From Candidatus Eiseniibacteriota bacterium (GTDB lineage Bacteria > Eisenbacteria > RBG-16-71-46), in contig CAVUWA010000009.1 of the NCBI GenBank assembly GCA_963744995.1, positions 352,001 through 416,000 on the forward strand: a stretch of 64,000 nucleotides of DNA, written 5' to 3'. The position numbers were made by a program, and so were the translations under genes. Within the stretch, counting starts at the first letter, position 1; every line of letters begins with the position of its first letter. Positions 28,363 through 42,036 of the stretch are shown here, piece after piece. The notes below the pieces were generated by a model. It saw nothing but the letters and a program-made list of their open reading frames with translations. It was not told the origin of the DNA and made no database searches.

Positions 28363-29636
28363 GCGCACGGGTTCCCATCCGCCGGCTGCTCGGCAGCGTG
28401 CTCGCGATGGCGATGACCTCGCTGCGCGCCCACCGCATGCGCTCGCTGCTCACCACGCTCGGGGTCGTGATCGGCGTCGGCACGGTGGTGGCGATGGCGA
28501 GCATCATCCAGGGATTCAACCGCACCGTGCAGTCGTCGGTATCCTCGTTCGGCTCGCACACGATCTACGTCCGCAAGTTCGCCCCCGGCTTCTTTGCGGG
28601 AGGCTTCCCCGACAGCCTGCGCCACCGCCGCGCCTTCACCCCCGAGGACGCCCGTGCGATCAAGCGGCTGTGCCCGGACGTCAAGGACGTGGCGATCATC
28701 GGCTTCCTCGAGTCGGCGCAACTCACCTACCGCGGGCGCTCGACGCGCCGCACGCAGCTCGTGGGATCGAACCCGGCGATTCAGACGGTGAATGTCTACG
28801 ACCCGTGGATCGGCCGCTTCTTCACCGAGGAGGAGGTGAAGCATCGCGCCCAGGTCGTGGTGGTCGGCAAGGACGTACGCGATGCGCTGTTCACGGGGGA
28901 GCACTTCCTCGGCAAGACCGTGCACCTGAACGGCGTGCCGTTCAGCATCGTCGGCGAGCTGGAGCCGAAGGGCCGTTCCCTGTTCCAGAATCCGGACGAG
29001 TTCATCACGATTCCGTACACGACCCTGGAGAAGTTCTTCCCGCCGCCGGACGACGCCCCGTTCTACGTGCCCGCACGCGGCAGGTACTACCTGAACGTGG
29101 TGGCGGTCGCGCCGGAGCGCACCGGCGCGGCGATCGACGAGATCCGCGAGGTGCTGCGCGTGCGCCGCGGCCTCCGGGCGCGCGACCCGGACAATTTCGC
29201 GGTGTTCACGTCGGACGCGCTGACCGATCTCTACGACCAGCTGACCGGCGCGACCTACGCGGTGATGACGCTGATCTCCTCGATCGCCCTGCTGGTCGGC
29301 GGCATCGGCGTGATGAACATCATGCTCGTGGCGGTCACCGAACGGACGCGCGAGATCGGTCTGCGCAAGGCGCTCGGCGCACCGCGGATCACGATCCTGC
29401 TGCAGTTCCTGATCGAAGCCGCCACGCTCACGGGACTGGGCGGGCTGATCGGCATCGCCGGGGGAGCCGGCGTCGCGCAGATGGTCCGCGCCGTGAGCGC
29501 GCTGCCGGCGTTCACGCCGCTGTGGGCGGTGCTGGTGGCGTTCTTCTTCTCGGTGGTCGTGGGGCTGTTTTTCGGCCTGTATCCGGCGATCCGCGCGGCG
29601 CGACTCGACCCCGTCGAGGCGCTGCGGTGGGAGTGA
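28359..29636 (+). CDS. MacB/FtsX-type ABC permease 4 (type B)
   Basis: ATGA overlap; [32 protein letters not shown], ends ALRWE. Confidence 0.92.
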   Translation: MSARVPIRRLLGSVLAMAMTSLRAHRMRSLLTTLGVVIGVGTVVAMASIIQGFNRTVQSSVSSFGSHTIYVRKFAPGFFAGGFPDSLRHRRAFTPEDARAIKRLCPDVKDVAIIGFLESAQLTYRGRSTRRTQLVGSNPAIQTVNVYDPWIGRFFTEEEVKHRAQVVVVGKDVRDALFTGEHFLGKTVHLNGVPFSIVGELEPKGRSLFQNPDEFITIPYTTLEKFFPPPDDAPFYVPARGRYYLNVVAVAPERTGAAIDEIREVLRVRRGLRARDPDNFAVFTSDALTDLYDQLTGATYAVMTLISSIALLVGGIGVMNIMLVAVTERTREIGLRKALGAPRITILLQFLIEAATLTGLGGLIGIAGGAGVAQMVRAVSALPAFTPLWAVLVAFFFSVVVGLFFGLYPAIRAARLDPVEALRWE

Positions 29637-29682
29637 GGCGGCGGGGGCGGGCCCCCGCACCCGGGTGGTATAGTCCGCTCTC

Positions 29683-32573
<2,891 letters not shown>

Positions 32574-32577
<4 letters not shown>

Positions 32578-33677
32578 AGACGCAGACCCCCACCGCGACC
32601 GCGAAGGCCGCGGACGGCCCGCGGACCCGAACCGGCACGATGAAGGCCATCGTGAAAGCCGGCCCCGGGCCCGGCGCGGAGATCCGTGAAGTGCCCGTTC
32701 CGAAGTGCGGACCGGGCGAGCTGCTGCTGCGTGTGCTGCGCGCGGGCGTGTGCGGCACCGATCTGCACATCTACAAATGGGACGGCTGGTCGGAGAGCCG
32801 GTTGCGGCCGCCGGTGACGCTCGGTCACGAATTCGTGGGCGAGATCATCGAACTGGGCGCCGGCGTCACCGACTTCACGGTCGGTCAGCACGTCTCATGC
32901 GAGAGCCACATCGTGTGCGGCCACTGCGTCGCATGCCGCACGGGCAACGGCCACGTGTGCGAGAACACCAGGATCCTGGGCGTGGACGTGAACGGGGGCT
33001 TCGCCGAGTACGTCGCCGTGCCTGCGGTCAACGGCTGGCCGGTGCCCCCCAGCATCTCGATCGAGGCGGCGGCCGTGATGGAGCCGCTCGGCAACGCCGT
33101 GCAGACCGCGTTCGCCGACGCGCTGGCCGGTTCCACGATCGGCGTCACCGGCTGCGGACCGATCGGTCTGTTCGCGATCGGCGTGGCGCGCGCCGCGGGA
33201 GCATCTCTCGTCATCGCCAGCGACGTGTCGCCCTACCGGCTCGATCTCGCCAGGAAGATGAACGCCGACGCGGTCGTCGACGTCTCGAAGGAATCGTTCG
33301 TGGATCGCGTGAACGAACTGACCGCCGGACGCGGCCTCGACGGCGTCCTCGAGATGTCGGGCAGTCCCGAGGCGATGCGCGACGGCCTCCAGGCCCTGCG
33401 CAACGGCGGGCGCCTCTCGCTGCTCGGCCTGCCCAAAGAGCCGTTCGTGCTGGACTGGAACCGGCTGGTGATCTTCAAGGGTGTGACGCTGCACGGCATC
33501 GTCGGCCGGCGGATGTTCCAGACCTGGTATCAGATGGACAATCTGCTGCGCTCGGGACGTCTCGACGTGACGCCGGCGATCACTCACGTGATGCCGATGG
33601 ACGAATTCGATACCGCGATCGGCCTGCTGGACTCGGGGCGCGCGGGCAAGGTCGTGCTGGTCCCGTGGGGCCAGTGA
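32574..33677 (+). CDS. tdh: L-threonine 3-dehydrogenase (start may be ATG 32640)
   Basis: [62 protein letters not shown]; adjacent to kbl. Confidence 0.95.
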
Positions 33678-33693
33678 GACGGGGGAGGCGGAC

Positions 33694-34902
<1,209 letters not shown>

Positions 34903-34918
34903 AACGGCCCCCGGTTCC

Positions 34919-34947
34919 TTGACCGGTGCCAGACGCTTCGCTAACGT
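34919..34947 (+). promoter_or_regulatory. Putative sigma70 promoter for the gcv operon
   Basis: TTGACC-17-TAACGT. Confidence 0.6.
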
Positions 34948-34978
34948 TCGACCGCCCTCGGCCACCCTGGAGTCCAAC

Positions 34979-36097
34979 GTGGAACCCTCGCAAACGATTC
35001 GCAAGACGCCGTTTCACGCCCACCACGTCGCGGCCGGAGCGAAGCTCATCGAGTTCGCCGGCTTCGAGATGCCCGTGCGCTATTCGGGCGACGTCCGCGA
35101 GCACCTCCTGGTGAGGAATGCCGCCGGCCTCTTCGACGTCTCCCACATGGGCGAATTCGAAGCGCGGGGCGCGGGCGCCGGCGCCTGGCTCGACCGCATG
35201 GTGACCAACGACGTCGCCGGTCTGGAGGTGGGACAGGCGCTCTACAGCCCGGTCTGCCGGCCGAGCGGCACGATCGTGGACGACGTGCTGGTCTATCGAT
35301 TCGCGGACCGCTACATGGTGGTGGTCAACGCCTCCAACCGGCTGAAGGACTTCGACTGGTTCCACGAGCACTGCCCGGAGGACGTGATGCTCGCGGACCG
35401 CAGCGATCAGACGGCGCTGCTTGCACTGCAGGGGCCGAAGGCAGCCTCGATCCTCGGCGGGCACGTCCCGGCCGCGGCGCTCGAACTCGGCACCTACCGG
35501 TTCATGGAGGGTGAGCTGTTCGGCGTGCCCGCGGTGATCTCGCGTACGGGCTACACGGGCGAGGACGGCTTCGAGCTCTATTTCGATCCGGCAGGGGCGG
35601 ACACCGTGTGGGAGGGGCTGATGGCCGCGGGCCGGCCGCACGGCCTCGAGCCGGTCGGGCTCGGCGCGCGTGACACGCTGCGGCTCGAGATGGGCTACAT
35701 GCTGTACGGCAACGACATCGACGAGAGCACGACGCCGCTCGAAGCGGGGCTCGGCTGGACGGTGAAGCTCCGAAAGGGCGAGTTCCACGGCCGCGAAGCG
35801 CTGCTGGCGCAGAAGGAGCGCGGGGTGCCGCGGAAGCTGGTCGGCATCGCTCTCGACGGCCGGCGCGTGCCGCGACACGGAATGCCGGTGCTCGCGGCGG
35901 GCCGCGCGACCGGGCACGTGGCGAGCGGGACGTTCAGTCCGAGCCTCGAGCGCCCGATCGGCATGGCCTACGTCGGGACGCCGGACGGCGCCATGGGGGC
36001 CACGATCGAAGTCGACGCCGGCCGTTCGCGTCTCGAAGCGAAGGTGGTGAAGCGGCCGTTCTACACACAGGGATCGCGGCGCGCGGGCGCCGCGTGA
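34979..36097 (+). CDS. gcvT: Glycine cleavage system T protein (aminomethyltransferase)
   Basis: LFDVSHMGE, SRTGYTGEDGFE, GLGARDTLRLEMG; GTG 34979 after GGAG. Confidence 0.96.
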   Translation: MEPSQTIRKTPFHAHHVAAGAKLIEFAGFEMPVRYSGDVREHLLVRNAAGLFDVSHMGEFEARGAGAGAWLDRMVTNDVAGLEVGQALYSPVCRPSGTIVDDVLVYRFADRYMVVVNASNRLKDFDWFHEHCPEDVMLADRSDQTALLALQGPKAASILGGHVPAAALELGTYRFMEGELFGVPAVISRTGYTGEDGFELYFDPAGADTVWEGLMAAGRPHGLEPVGLGARDTLRLEMGYMLYGNDIDESTTPLEAGLGWTVKLRKGEFHGREALLAQKERGVPRKLVGIALDGRRVPRHGMPVLAAGRATGHVASGTFSPSLERPIGMAYVGTPDGAMGATIEVDAGRSRLEAKVVKRPFYTQGSRRAGAA

Positions 36098-36169
36098 ATC
36101 ATCCGGACGGCTTCGCCGCCGTCCGCTTGCCAACGATGAGCCGGCGGGAAACCGCCTGAGGAGGTCGCC

Positions 36170-36559
36170 GTGGGATTCCCGGACGACGTTCGATACACCC
36201 ATGAACACGAGTGGGCACGTCTCGAAGAGGGCGTGGTGACGGTGGGCATCACGAGCTATGCGACCGACCAGCTCGGCGACGTGGTCTTCGTGGAGCTGCC
36301 CGAGGTCGGAACGAAGCTCGACGCCATGAAGGCGTTCGGCGTCGTGGAGGCGGTCAAGACGGTCAGTGATCTCTACGCGCCGATCGCGGGCGAGGTGCTC
36401 GAAGTCAACGCAGCGCTGGGCGACAACCCCGGGCTGGTCAATCAGGAACCGTTCGGCGAAGGCTGGCTGGTGCGCCTGAAGCCGACCACGGCCGGTGAAT
36501 TCGAGAAGCTGATGACCAGCGTCGACTACGAAAAGCTGGTCGAGGAGCAGCACACGTGA
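36170..36559 (+). CDS. gcvH: Glycine cleavage system H protein
   Basis: HEWAR, GITSYA...LGDVVFVELP, lipoyl-Lys in VEAVKTVSD. Confidence 0.97.
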   Translation: MGFPDDVRYTHEHEWARLEEGVVTVGITSYATDQLGDVVFVELPEVGTKLDAMKAFGVVEAVKTVSDLYAPIAGEVLEVNAALGDNPGLVNQEPFGEGWLVRLKPTTAGEFEKLMTSVDYEKLVEEQHT

Positions 36560-37908
36560 GCCACATCGGACTGACCCCGCGCGAAGAGCGCCGCATGCTG
36601 GACGACATCGGGGTCGCCTCGTTCGACGAGCTGCTCGAGGCGGTGCCGCAGAAGGCGCGGCTCGCCCGGCCGCTCGCGATCGACGGCCCGCTGTCCGAGA
36701 TCGAGTTGCGCCGGCGCTTCGGTGCCTGGGCCGCTGCGAACGATGCCGCCACGGCGGTGTCGTTCATGGGCGGCGGCCTCTACGATCACTACATTCCGGC
36801 CGCCGTGAATGCGGTCGCGTCACGCTCCGAGTTCGTCACGGCCTATACCCCCTACCAGCCGGAGGTGGCGCAGGGCTCGCTCACCGCGATCTTCGAGTTT
36901 CAGAGCATGATCGCCGAGCTCACCGGAATGGACGTGGCCAACGCCTCCATGTACGACGGTGCGACGGCTGCGGTGGAAGCCGCGCTGCTCGCGCAGGGCG
37001 CCACCCGGCGGGCCCGGGTGGTGGTGGCCGGCGCGCTGCACCCGAACTACCTCGGCGTGCTGCGCACGTACCTCGATGAGGCGCAGATCACGGTGGTCGC
37101 GGAACGCGGCGGTCAGTGCGCGCCCGAGGACCTGAAGGCGGCGCTCGAAGGCGACGTGGCCTGCGTGATCTACCAGCATCCGAATTTCTTCGGCCTGCTC
37201 GAGGGTCCGCGCGCGATTCACGCCCTCGCACACGAGGCGGGCGCGCTGGCGGTGGCCGTGTGCGATCCGGTGGCGCTCGCGCTGCTCGAGCCGCCGGGCG
37301 CGGGCGATCCGGCTGCGGCCGCGGACATCGCGGTGGGCGAGGGCCAGTGTCTCGGCAACCCGCCGTCGTTCGGCGGTCCGCTGCTGGGCTACTTCGCCTG
37401 CCGCAAGGCGCTGGTGCGGCGCATGCCCGGACGCATCGCCGGACAGACCGTGGACGTCCACGGCCGGCGCGGCTTCGTCCTCACCCTGCAGACCCGCGAG
37501 CAGCACATCCGGCGCGAGAAAGCGACGTCGAACATCTGCACCAACCAGGGCCTGATGGCACTGCGCGCGACGATCTACATGGGTCTCATGGGGCGCGAGG
37601 GAATGCGCGAGATGGCGGAGCTCTGCGTGCAGAAGACCCACCATGCCGCGCATGCCGCGGCCGCCCTGCCGGGGTACGCCCTGGCGCACGGCGGCGCATT
37701 CTTCCGCGAGTTCGTGCTCGAGTGCCCCGTGGATGCCGCCCGCGTGTACGAAACCGGACGTGACATGGGCGTGCTGCCGGGCATCGATCTCGGCCGCTTC
37801 GATCCGAGCTGGAAACGCTGGCTGCTGGTGGCGGTCACCGAGCAGCGCGATGCCGCCGACATCGGGCGCTGGCTCGAGGTGCTGCGTCGCGCGGGAGGCG
37901 CCCGATGA
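36556..37908 (+). CDS. gcvPA: Glycine dehydrogenase (decarboxylating) subunit 1
   Basis: EFVTAYTPYQPEVAQG, NASMYDGA, LQTREQHIRREKATSNICTNQ. Confidence 0.97.
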   Translation: MSHIGLTPREERRMLDDIGVASFDELLEAVPQKARLARPLAIDGPLSEIELRRRFGAWAAANDAATAVSFMGGGLYDHYIPAAVNAVASRSEFVTAYTPYQPEVAQGSLTAIFEFQSMIAELTGMDVANASMYDGATAAVEAALLAQGATRRARVVVAGALHPNYLGVLRTYLDEAQITVVAERGGQCAPEDLKAALEGDVACVIYQHPNFFGLLEGPRAIHALAHEAGALAVAVCDPVALALLEPPGAGDPAAAADIAVGEGQCLGNPPSFGGPLLGYFACRKALVRRMPGRIAGQTVDVHGRRGFVLTLQTREQHIRREKATSNICTNQGLMALRATIYMGLMGREGMREMAELCVQKTHHAAHAAAALPGYALAHGGAFFREFVLECPVDAARVYETGRDMGVLPGIDLGRFDPSWKRWLLVAVTEQRDAADIGRWLEVLRRAGGAR

Positions 37909-39410
37909 ATCTCGAACGCCGATTGCTGAACGAACAGGGCGGCGAGGGCCACCGGGGTCCGGCGCTGCCCGCATGCGACGTCCCGACCCGCCCGCTCGAG
38001 GAGCTGCTCCCGGGCGCGACGCTGCGCGGGGCGCTCGACTTTCCGCGCGTCAGCGAGCCCGAGGTCGTGCGGCATTTCATCGAACTGTCCACGCTCAACC
38101 ACCACATCGACCGCGGCTTCTACCCGCTCGGCTCGTGCACGATGAAGCACAATCCGAAGATCAACGACGAGCTGGCTGCGCTGCCGGGCTTCGCCCTCGC
38201 CCACCCGCTCGGCGATGACGCCTCGAATCAGGGCGCGCTCGCGGTGATCCACGAGCTGCAGAAGACGCTCGCCGAGATCACCGGCTTCCACGCCGTGACC
38301 ACACAGCCCGCCGCCGGCGCGCAGGGCGAGTTGACCGGGCTGCTGATGATCCGCGCCTGGCACCGCTCGCGCGGGGAAGGGGACCAGCGCCGGGTGGTGA
38401 TCGTGCCCGACTCGGCGCACGGCACCAATCCCGCGAGCGTGCATCTGGTCGGCTACGAGACGGTCACGGTGGCATCCGGTGGACGCGGCACGGTGGACCC
38501 GCAGGCGCTGCGCGGGGCGCTCGACGATCGCACCGCAGCCGTCATGCTCACGGTGCCCAACACGCTCGGGTTGTTCGAGTCCGGGATCCTCGACGTGACG
38601 GCGCTTGCGCACGAAGCGGGGGCGCAGGTCTACATGGACGGCGCCAACCTGAACGCCCTGGTCGGGCACGTTCGCCCGGGCGATCTCGGTTTCGACGTCA
38701 TGCACATCAACGTGCACAAGACGTTCTCGACCCCGCACGGCGGCGGCGGTCCCGGCGCCGGACCGGTCGCGGTGGCGAAGCATCTCGAGCCGTTCCTGCC
38801 GATCCCGGTCGTGGAGGAGCGTGACGGGCGCCTCGCCTTCAGTGAGGACCGGCCGCAGTCGGTCGGTCGGGTGCATGCGTTTCACGGCAACTTCGGCATC
38901 CTGGTGCGGGCGCTGGCCTACATCCTCGGCTACGGCCCCGCAGGGCTGCGCGACGTCAGCCGTGCGGCGATTCTCAATGCCAACTGGCTGATGCGGCGCC
39001 TGGCGCGCACCTACGAGCTGCCGCACCGGCAGCATTGCATGCACGAATTCGTGCTTTCGGGACGCGGGCTGCGCAAGTACGGCATCAAGACGCTCGACGT
39101 GGCGAAACGCTTGCTCGACTTCGGCGTTCACGCGCCGACCGTCTACTTTCCCCTGATCGTCGAGGAAGCGCTGATGATCGAGCCGACCGAGACGGAAACG
39201 CTCGACCGACTCGAACACTTCGCCGAGGCCATGGAACAGATCGCGCGCGAGGCGGCCGCGAATCCGGAACTGCTCCACTCGGCTCCGCACACCACGCCGT
39301 CCGGGCGACTCGACGAAGGACGTGCGGCGCGCGAGCTGGTGCTGCGCTGGTCGGGCTCCGCGTCCGCGACGGCGGCACCGTCGCCCACGCACGAGTCGGC
39401 GACGAGGTGA
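37905..39410 (+). CDS. gcvPB: Glycine dehydrogenase (decarboxylating) subunit 2
   Basis: YPLGSCTMKHNPK, QPAAGAQGE, SAHGTNPAS, PLP Lys in HINVHKTFSTPHGGGGPG, MIEPTETE. Confidence 0.97.
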   Translation: MNLERRLLNEQGGEGHRGPALPACDVPTRPLEELLPGATLRGALDFPRVSEPEVVRHFIELSTLNHHIDRGFYPLGSCTMKHNPKINDELAALPGFALAHPLGDDASNQGALAVIHELQKTLAEITGFHAVTTQPAAGAQGELTGLLMIRAWHRSRGEGDQRRVVIVPDSAHGTNPASVHLVGYETVTVASGGRGTVDPQALRGALDDRTAAVMLTVPNTLGLFESGILDVTALAHEAGAQVYMDGANLNALVGHVRPGDLGFDVMHINVHKTFSTPHGGGGPGAGPVAVAKHLEPFLPIPVVEERDGRLAFSEDRPQSVGRVHAFHGNFGILVRALAYILGYGPAGLRDVSRAAILNANWLMRRLARTYELPHRQHCMHEFVLSGRGLRKYGIKTLDVAKRLLDFGVHAPTVYFPLIVEEALMIEPTETETLDRLEHFAEAMEQIAREAAANPELLHSAPHTTPSGRLDEGRAARELVLRWSGSASATAAPSPTHESATR

Positions 39411-39889
39411 GGACGGCGCGTGCCATTTCCTCCGCGGAAGCTCCGTCCGCTCCGGGCCCCCTCGCGGGCCGCGCTGCGGTCGAGTGGACGTGGCAACCGT
39501 GGCGGGACCGGCCCGGGCGCGCGGCGCTGGCCGTGGTCGCCGCGTTCGGGCTGTGCGTGCTGGTCCTCAGGTTGACGCTGGCCCCGCTCACGGCCCTGCT
39601 GCTCTCGATCGTGGTGGTCTCGGCGCTAGCCTCGAGCTTCCTGCCGGCCCGCTGCCGGGTGGACGCGGAAGGGGTGGCGCTGAGGGGCGGCGGCGGCTGG
39701 AGCTCACGGCGCTGGACGGACATCCGTCGCGCCCGCGTCGGCCGGCGCGGACTCTTCGTGTCACCCTTTTCGAGCCGCCGCTGGATGGACGCGTGGCGCG
39801 CGCTGTTCCTGCCCTTTCCCGCCGACCGCGCCGACGACCTGATCCGGGTCGTACAGCGCTACCTGGACGATCGTGACCTCGCGGCCTGA
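39407..39889 (+). CDS. Hypothetical membrane protein (2 TM + small beta domain, possibly PH-like)
   Basis: GTGA overlap with the gcvPB stop; two hydrophobic helices followed by FLPARCRVDAEGV...RRWTDIRR...LFVSPF. Confidence 0.6.
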   Translation: MRTARAISSAEAPSAPGPLAGRAAVEWTWQPWRDRPGRAALAVVAAFGLCVLVLRLTLAPLTALLLSIVVVSALASSFLPARCRVDAEGVALRGGGGWSSRRWTDIRRARVGRRGLFVSPFSSRRWMDAWRALFLPFPADRADDLIRVVQRYLDDRDLAA

Positions 39890-40211
39890 GGGGATCACCG
39901 ACGCCGACGAAGCGGTGCTGCGCCGCGTGGCGGCGCGGGTCGTCGAGCTGCGGATGGAAATCCCCGCGATCCTCACGATCGAAGGCGGGCTGCCGATGTC
40001 GGTGGTCGCGGGGCAGACGCTGCACTTTCTCCAGCCCGTGGTGCAGGCGATGTTCCGCCTGCCCGACTACCAGCGCTTCGCCGCGCTGATCGAGCGTCGC
40101 GAGTCGCTCGGGTATCTCGTGTCACTGATCGAAGAGCGAGCCGACGCTGCGCACCGCGAGCGGCGCGAAGCGGACCGCGCGCGCAAGGCGGCGCGCGCGG
40201 CGAGGCACTGA
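39873..40211 (+). CDS. Small hypothetical protein of the GlmL-like cluster
   Basis: Overlaps the previous gene, GC3-biased codons, helical; MEIPAILTIE..LPMSVVAGQTLHFLQP. Confidence 0.7.
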   Translation: MTSRPEGITDADEAVLRRVAARVVELRMEIPAILTIEGGLPMSVVAGQTLHFLQPVVQAMFRLPDYQRFAALIERRESLGYLVSLIEERADAAHRERREADRARKAARAARH

Positions 40212-40224
40212 CCGGAAAGGACCG

Positions 40225-42036
40225 ATGGCGATTCGACCCGAGGACATTCACTCGATTCTCGCGACCGACTGCGGCTCGACGACCACCAAGGCGATCCTGA
40301 TCGAGCGGCGCGAGGACGGTTACCGGCTGATCGTGCGGGGCGAGGCGCCGACCACGGTCGAAGCGCCGTTCGAGGACGTCACCCGCGGCGTGCTGAACGC
40401 CGTGAAAGAGGTGGAGGAACTGGCCGGACGCCGTCTCCTGGACGGCGAACGCATCATCACGCCGAGAGTCGGCGACGAAGGCGTCGATCTGTTCGTCTCG
40501 ACCTCGAGCGCGGGCGGCGGCCTGCAGATGATGGTCTCCGGCCTGGTGCTGCAGATGACCGGCGAGTCCGCGCAGCGCGCGGCGCTCGGCGCGGGCGCGA
40601 TCGTGATGGACGTCATCGCGCTCAACGACGGCCGCCGGCCCCACGAGAAGATCCGGCGGCTGCGCCAGCTGCGGCCCGACATGATCCTGCTCTCGGGTGG
40701 CACCGACGGCGGCGACGTCAGGCGCGTCGCCGAAATGGCGGAGATCCTGCTCGCTGCCGACCCGAAGGCGCGCCTCGGCACCGGTTACGAGCTGCCGGTG
40801 ATCTACGCGGGGAATTGCGAGGCCGCGGATGTCGTGACCGAAACGCTCGGCAGGAGAACCGCGCTGAGCGTCGTGCCCAATCTGCGCCCGACCCTCGAGC
40901 GCGAGAACCTGAAGCCCGCCCGCGATGCGATCCACGATCTGTTCATGGAGCACGTGATGGCGCACGCGCCGGGCTACAAGAAGCTCATGACGTGGTCGCC
41001 GGTGCCGATCATGCCGACGCCGGGCGCCGTCGGGATCATCATCGAGAAGGTGGCGAAGCGCGACCGGCTCGCGGTCGTGGGGGTGGACATCGGCGGCGCG
41101 ACGACGGACGTGTTCTCGGTGTTCCAGGAGATCTTCAATCGCACCGTCTCGGCCAACCTGGGCATGAGCTATTCGATCTCGAACGTGATGGCCGAGGCGG
41201 GCATCGAGCGGATCCTGCGCTGGGTGCCGTTCGACGTCGACGAAGGCGAGTTGCGCAACCGGATCAAGAACAAGATGATCCGACCGACGACGATTCCGCA
41301 GGAACTCAGCGATCTGGTGATCGAGCAGGCGATCGCGCGGGAAGCGCTGCGGCTCGCGTTCGAGCAGCACAAGGCGCTCGCGGTGGGCCTCAAGGGCGTG
41401 CAGACCGAACGCACGATCTCCGACATCATGGCGCAGACGGAATCGGGATCCTCGCTGGTCAATCTGCTGGACCTCGGCCTGCTGGTCGGCTCGGGCGGAG
41501 TCCTGTCGCACGCGCCGCGAAGGGTGCAGGCGGCGCTGATGATGATCGATGCGTTCCTGCCGGAAGGACTCACGCACCTCGCCGTCGACAGCATCTTCAT
41601 GGCGCCGCAGCTCGGCGTGCTTTCGAGCGTGCACGAGGAAGCGGCGACGCAGGTGTTCGAGCGCGACTGTCTCGTGCGGCTCGGCGCGGTGCTGGCGCCG
41701 ATCGGCACGAGCAGAGTCGGCCAGCCCTGCGTGCGGGTGGAGCTCACCCGCAGCGACGGACAGAAGCTGGCCCGTGAGGTGGCGTTCGGGGACCTGCTGC
41801 TCATGCCGCTGCCCAGGGACGGCGAGGTCGAGATGACGGCCACGCCGGAGCGCGGGTTCGACCTCGGCGAGGGCAAGGGACACCCGATCCGCGCCAGCGT
41901 GCGCGGCGGCGTCGTGGGTTTCATCGTCGACGCGCGCGGGCGCCGGCCCTTCGAGATCCCGTCGGATCCCGCGATCCGCATCGAGCGTCTGGGTGCCTGG
42001 AACCGGGCCCTCGGCGTGTACCCGGAGGACGTCTAG
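40225..42036 (+). CDS. Glutamate mutase L (GlmL/MutL-like) ASKHA-fold ATPase with C-terminal extension
   Basis: Phosphate-1 ATDCGSTTTK, TSSAGGGL, PDMILLSGGTDGG, IYAGN, MPTPGAV, phosphate-2 VDIGGATTDVFS, RTVSANLGM, GSGGVLSHAP. Confidence 0.85.
   Translation: MAIRPEDIHSILATDCGSTTTKAILIERREDGYRLIVRGEAPTTVEAPFEDVTRGVLNAVKEVEELAGRRLLDGERIITPRVGDEGVDLFVSTSSAGGGLQMMVSGLVLQMTGESAQRAALGAGAIVMDVIALNDGRRPHEKIRRLRQLRPDMILLSGGTDGGDVRRVAEMAEILLAADPKARLGTGYELPVIYAGNCEAADVVTETLGRRTALSVVPNLRPTLERENLKPARDAIHDLFMEHVMAHAPGYKKLMTWSPVPIMPTPGAVGIIIEKVAKRDRLAVVGVDIGGATTDVFSVFQEIFNRTVSANLGMSYSISNVMAEAGIERILRWVPFDVDEGELRNRIKNKMIRPTTIPQELSDLVIEQAIAREALRLAFEQHKALAVGLKGVQTERTISDIMAQTESGSSLVNLLDLGLLVGSGGVLSHAPRRVQAALMMIDAFLPEGLTHLAVDSIFMAPQLGVLSSVHEEAATQVFERDCLVRLGAVLAPIGTSRVGQPCVRVELTRSDGQKLAREVAFGDLLLMPLPRDGEVEMTATPERGFDLGEGKGHPIRASVRGGVVGFIVDARGRRPFEIPSDPAIRIERLGAWNRALGVYPEDV

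Noticed and set aside
24259..28368. Very long antisense ORFs (1369 aa here; also 29512-32541, 39973-43368, 257-2386, 50293-52599, 59905-62253)
   Set aside because: They are shadows of well-supported + strand genes. High GC and codon bias suppress stops, and the translations have no recognisable motifs.
36098..36169. Two hairpins between gcvT and gcvH as a glycine riboswitch
   Set aside because: Too short, and they lack the GGAGA...CCGAAG...CTCTCAGG aptamer core. More likely mRNA stability or processing elements.
34979..39410. Missing L protein (lpdA) in the gcv operon as an anomaly
   Set aside because: Dihydrolipoamide dehydrogenase is commonly shared and encoded elsewhere.
40225..42036. 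Mismatch-repair MutL, or a glutamate fermentation operon
   Set aside because: The motifs are ASKHA-type, not GHKL; the shared name is coincidental. No glutamate mutase or methylaspartase genes are in the window.
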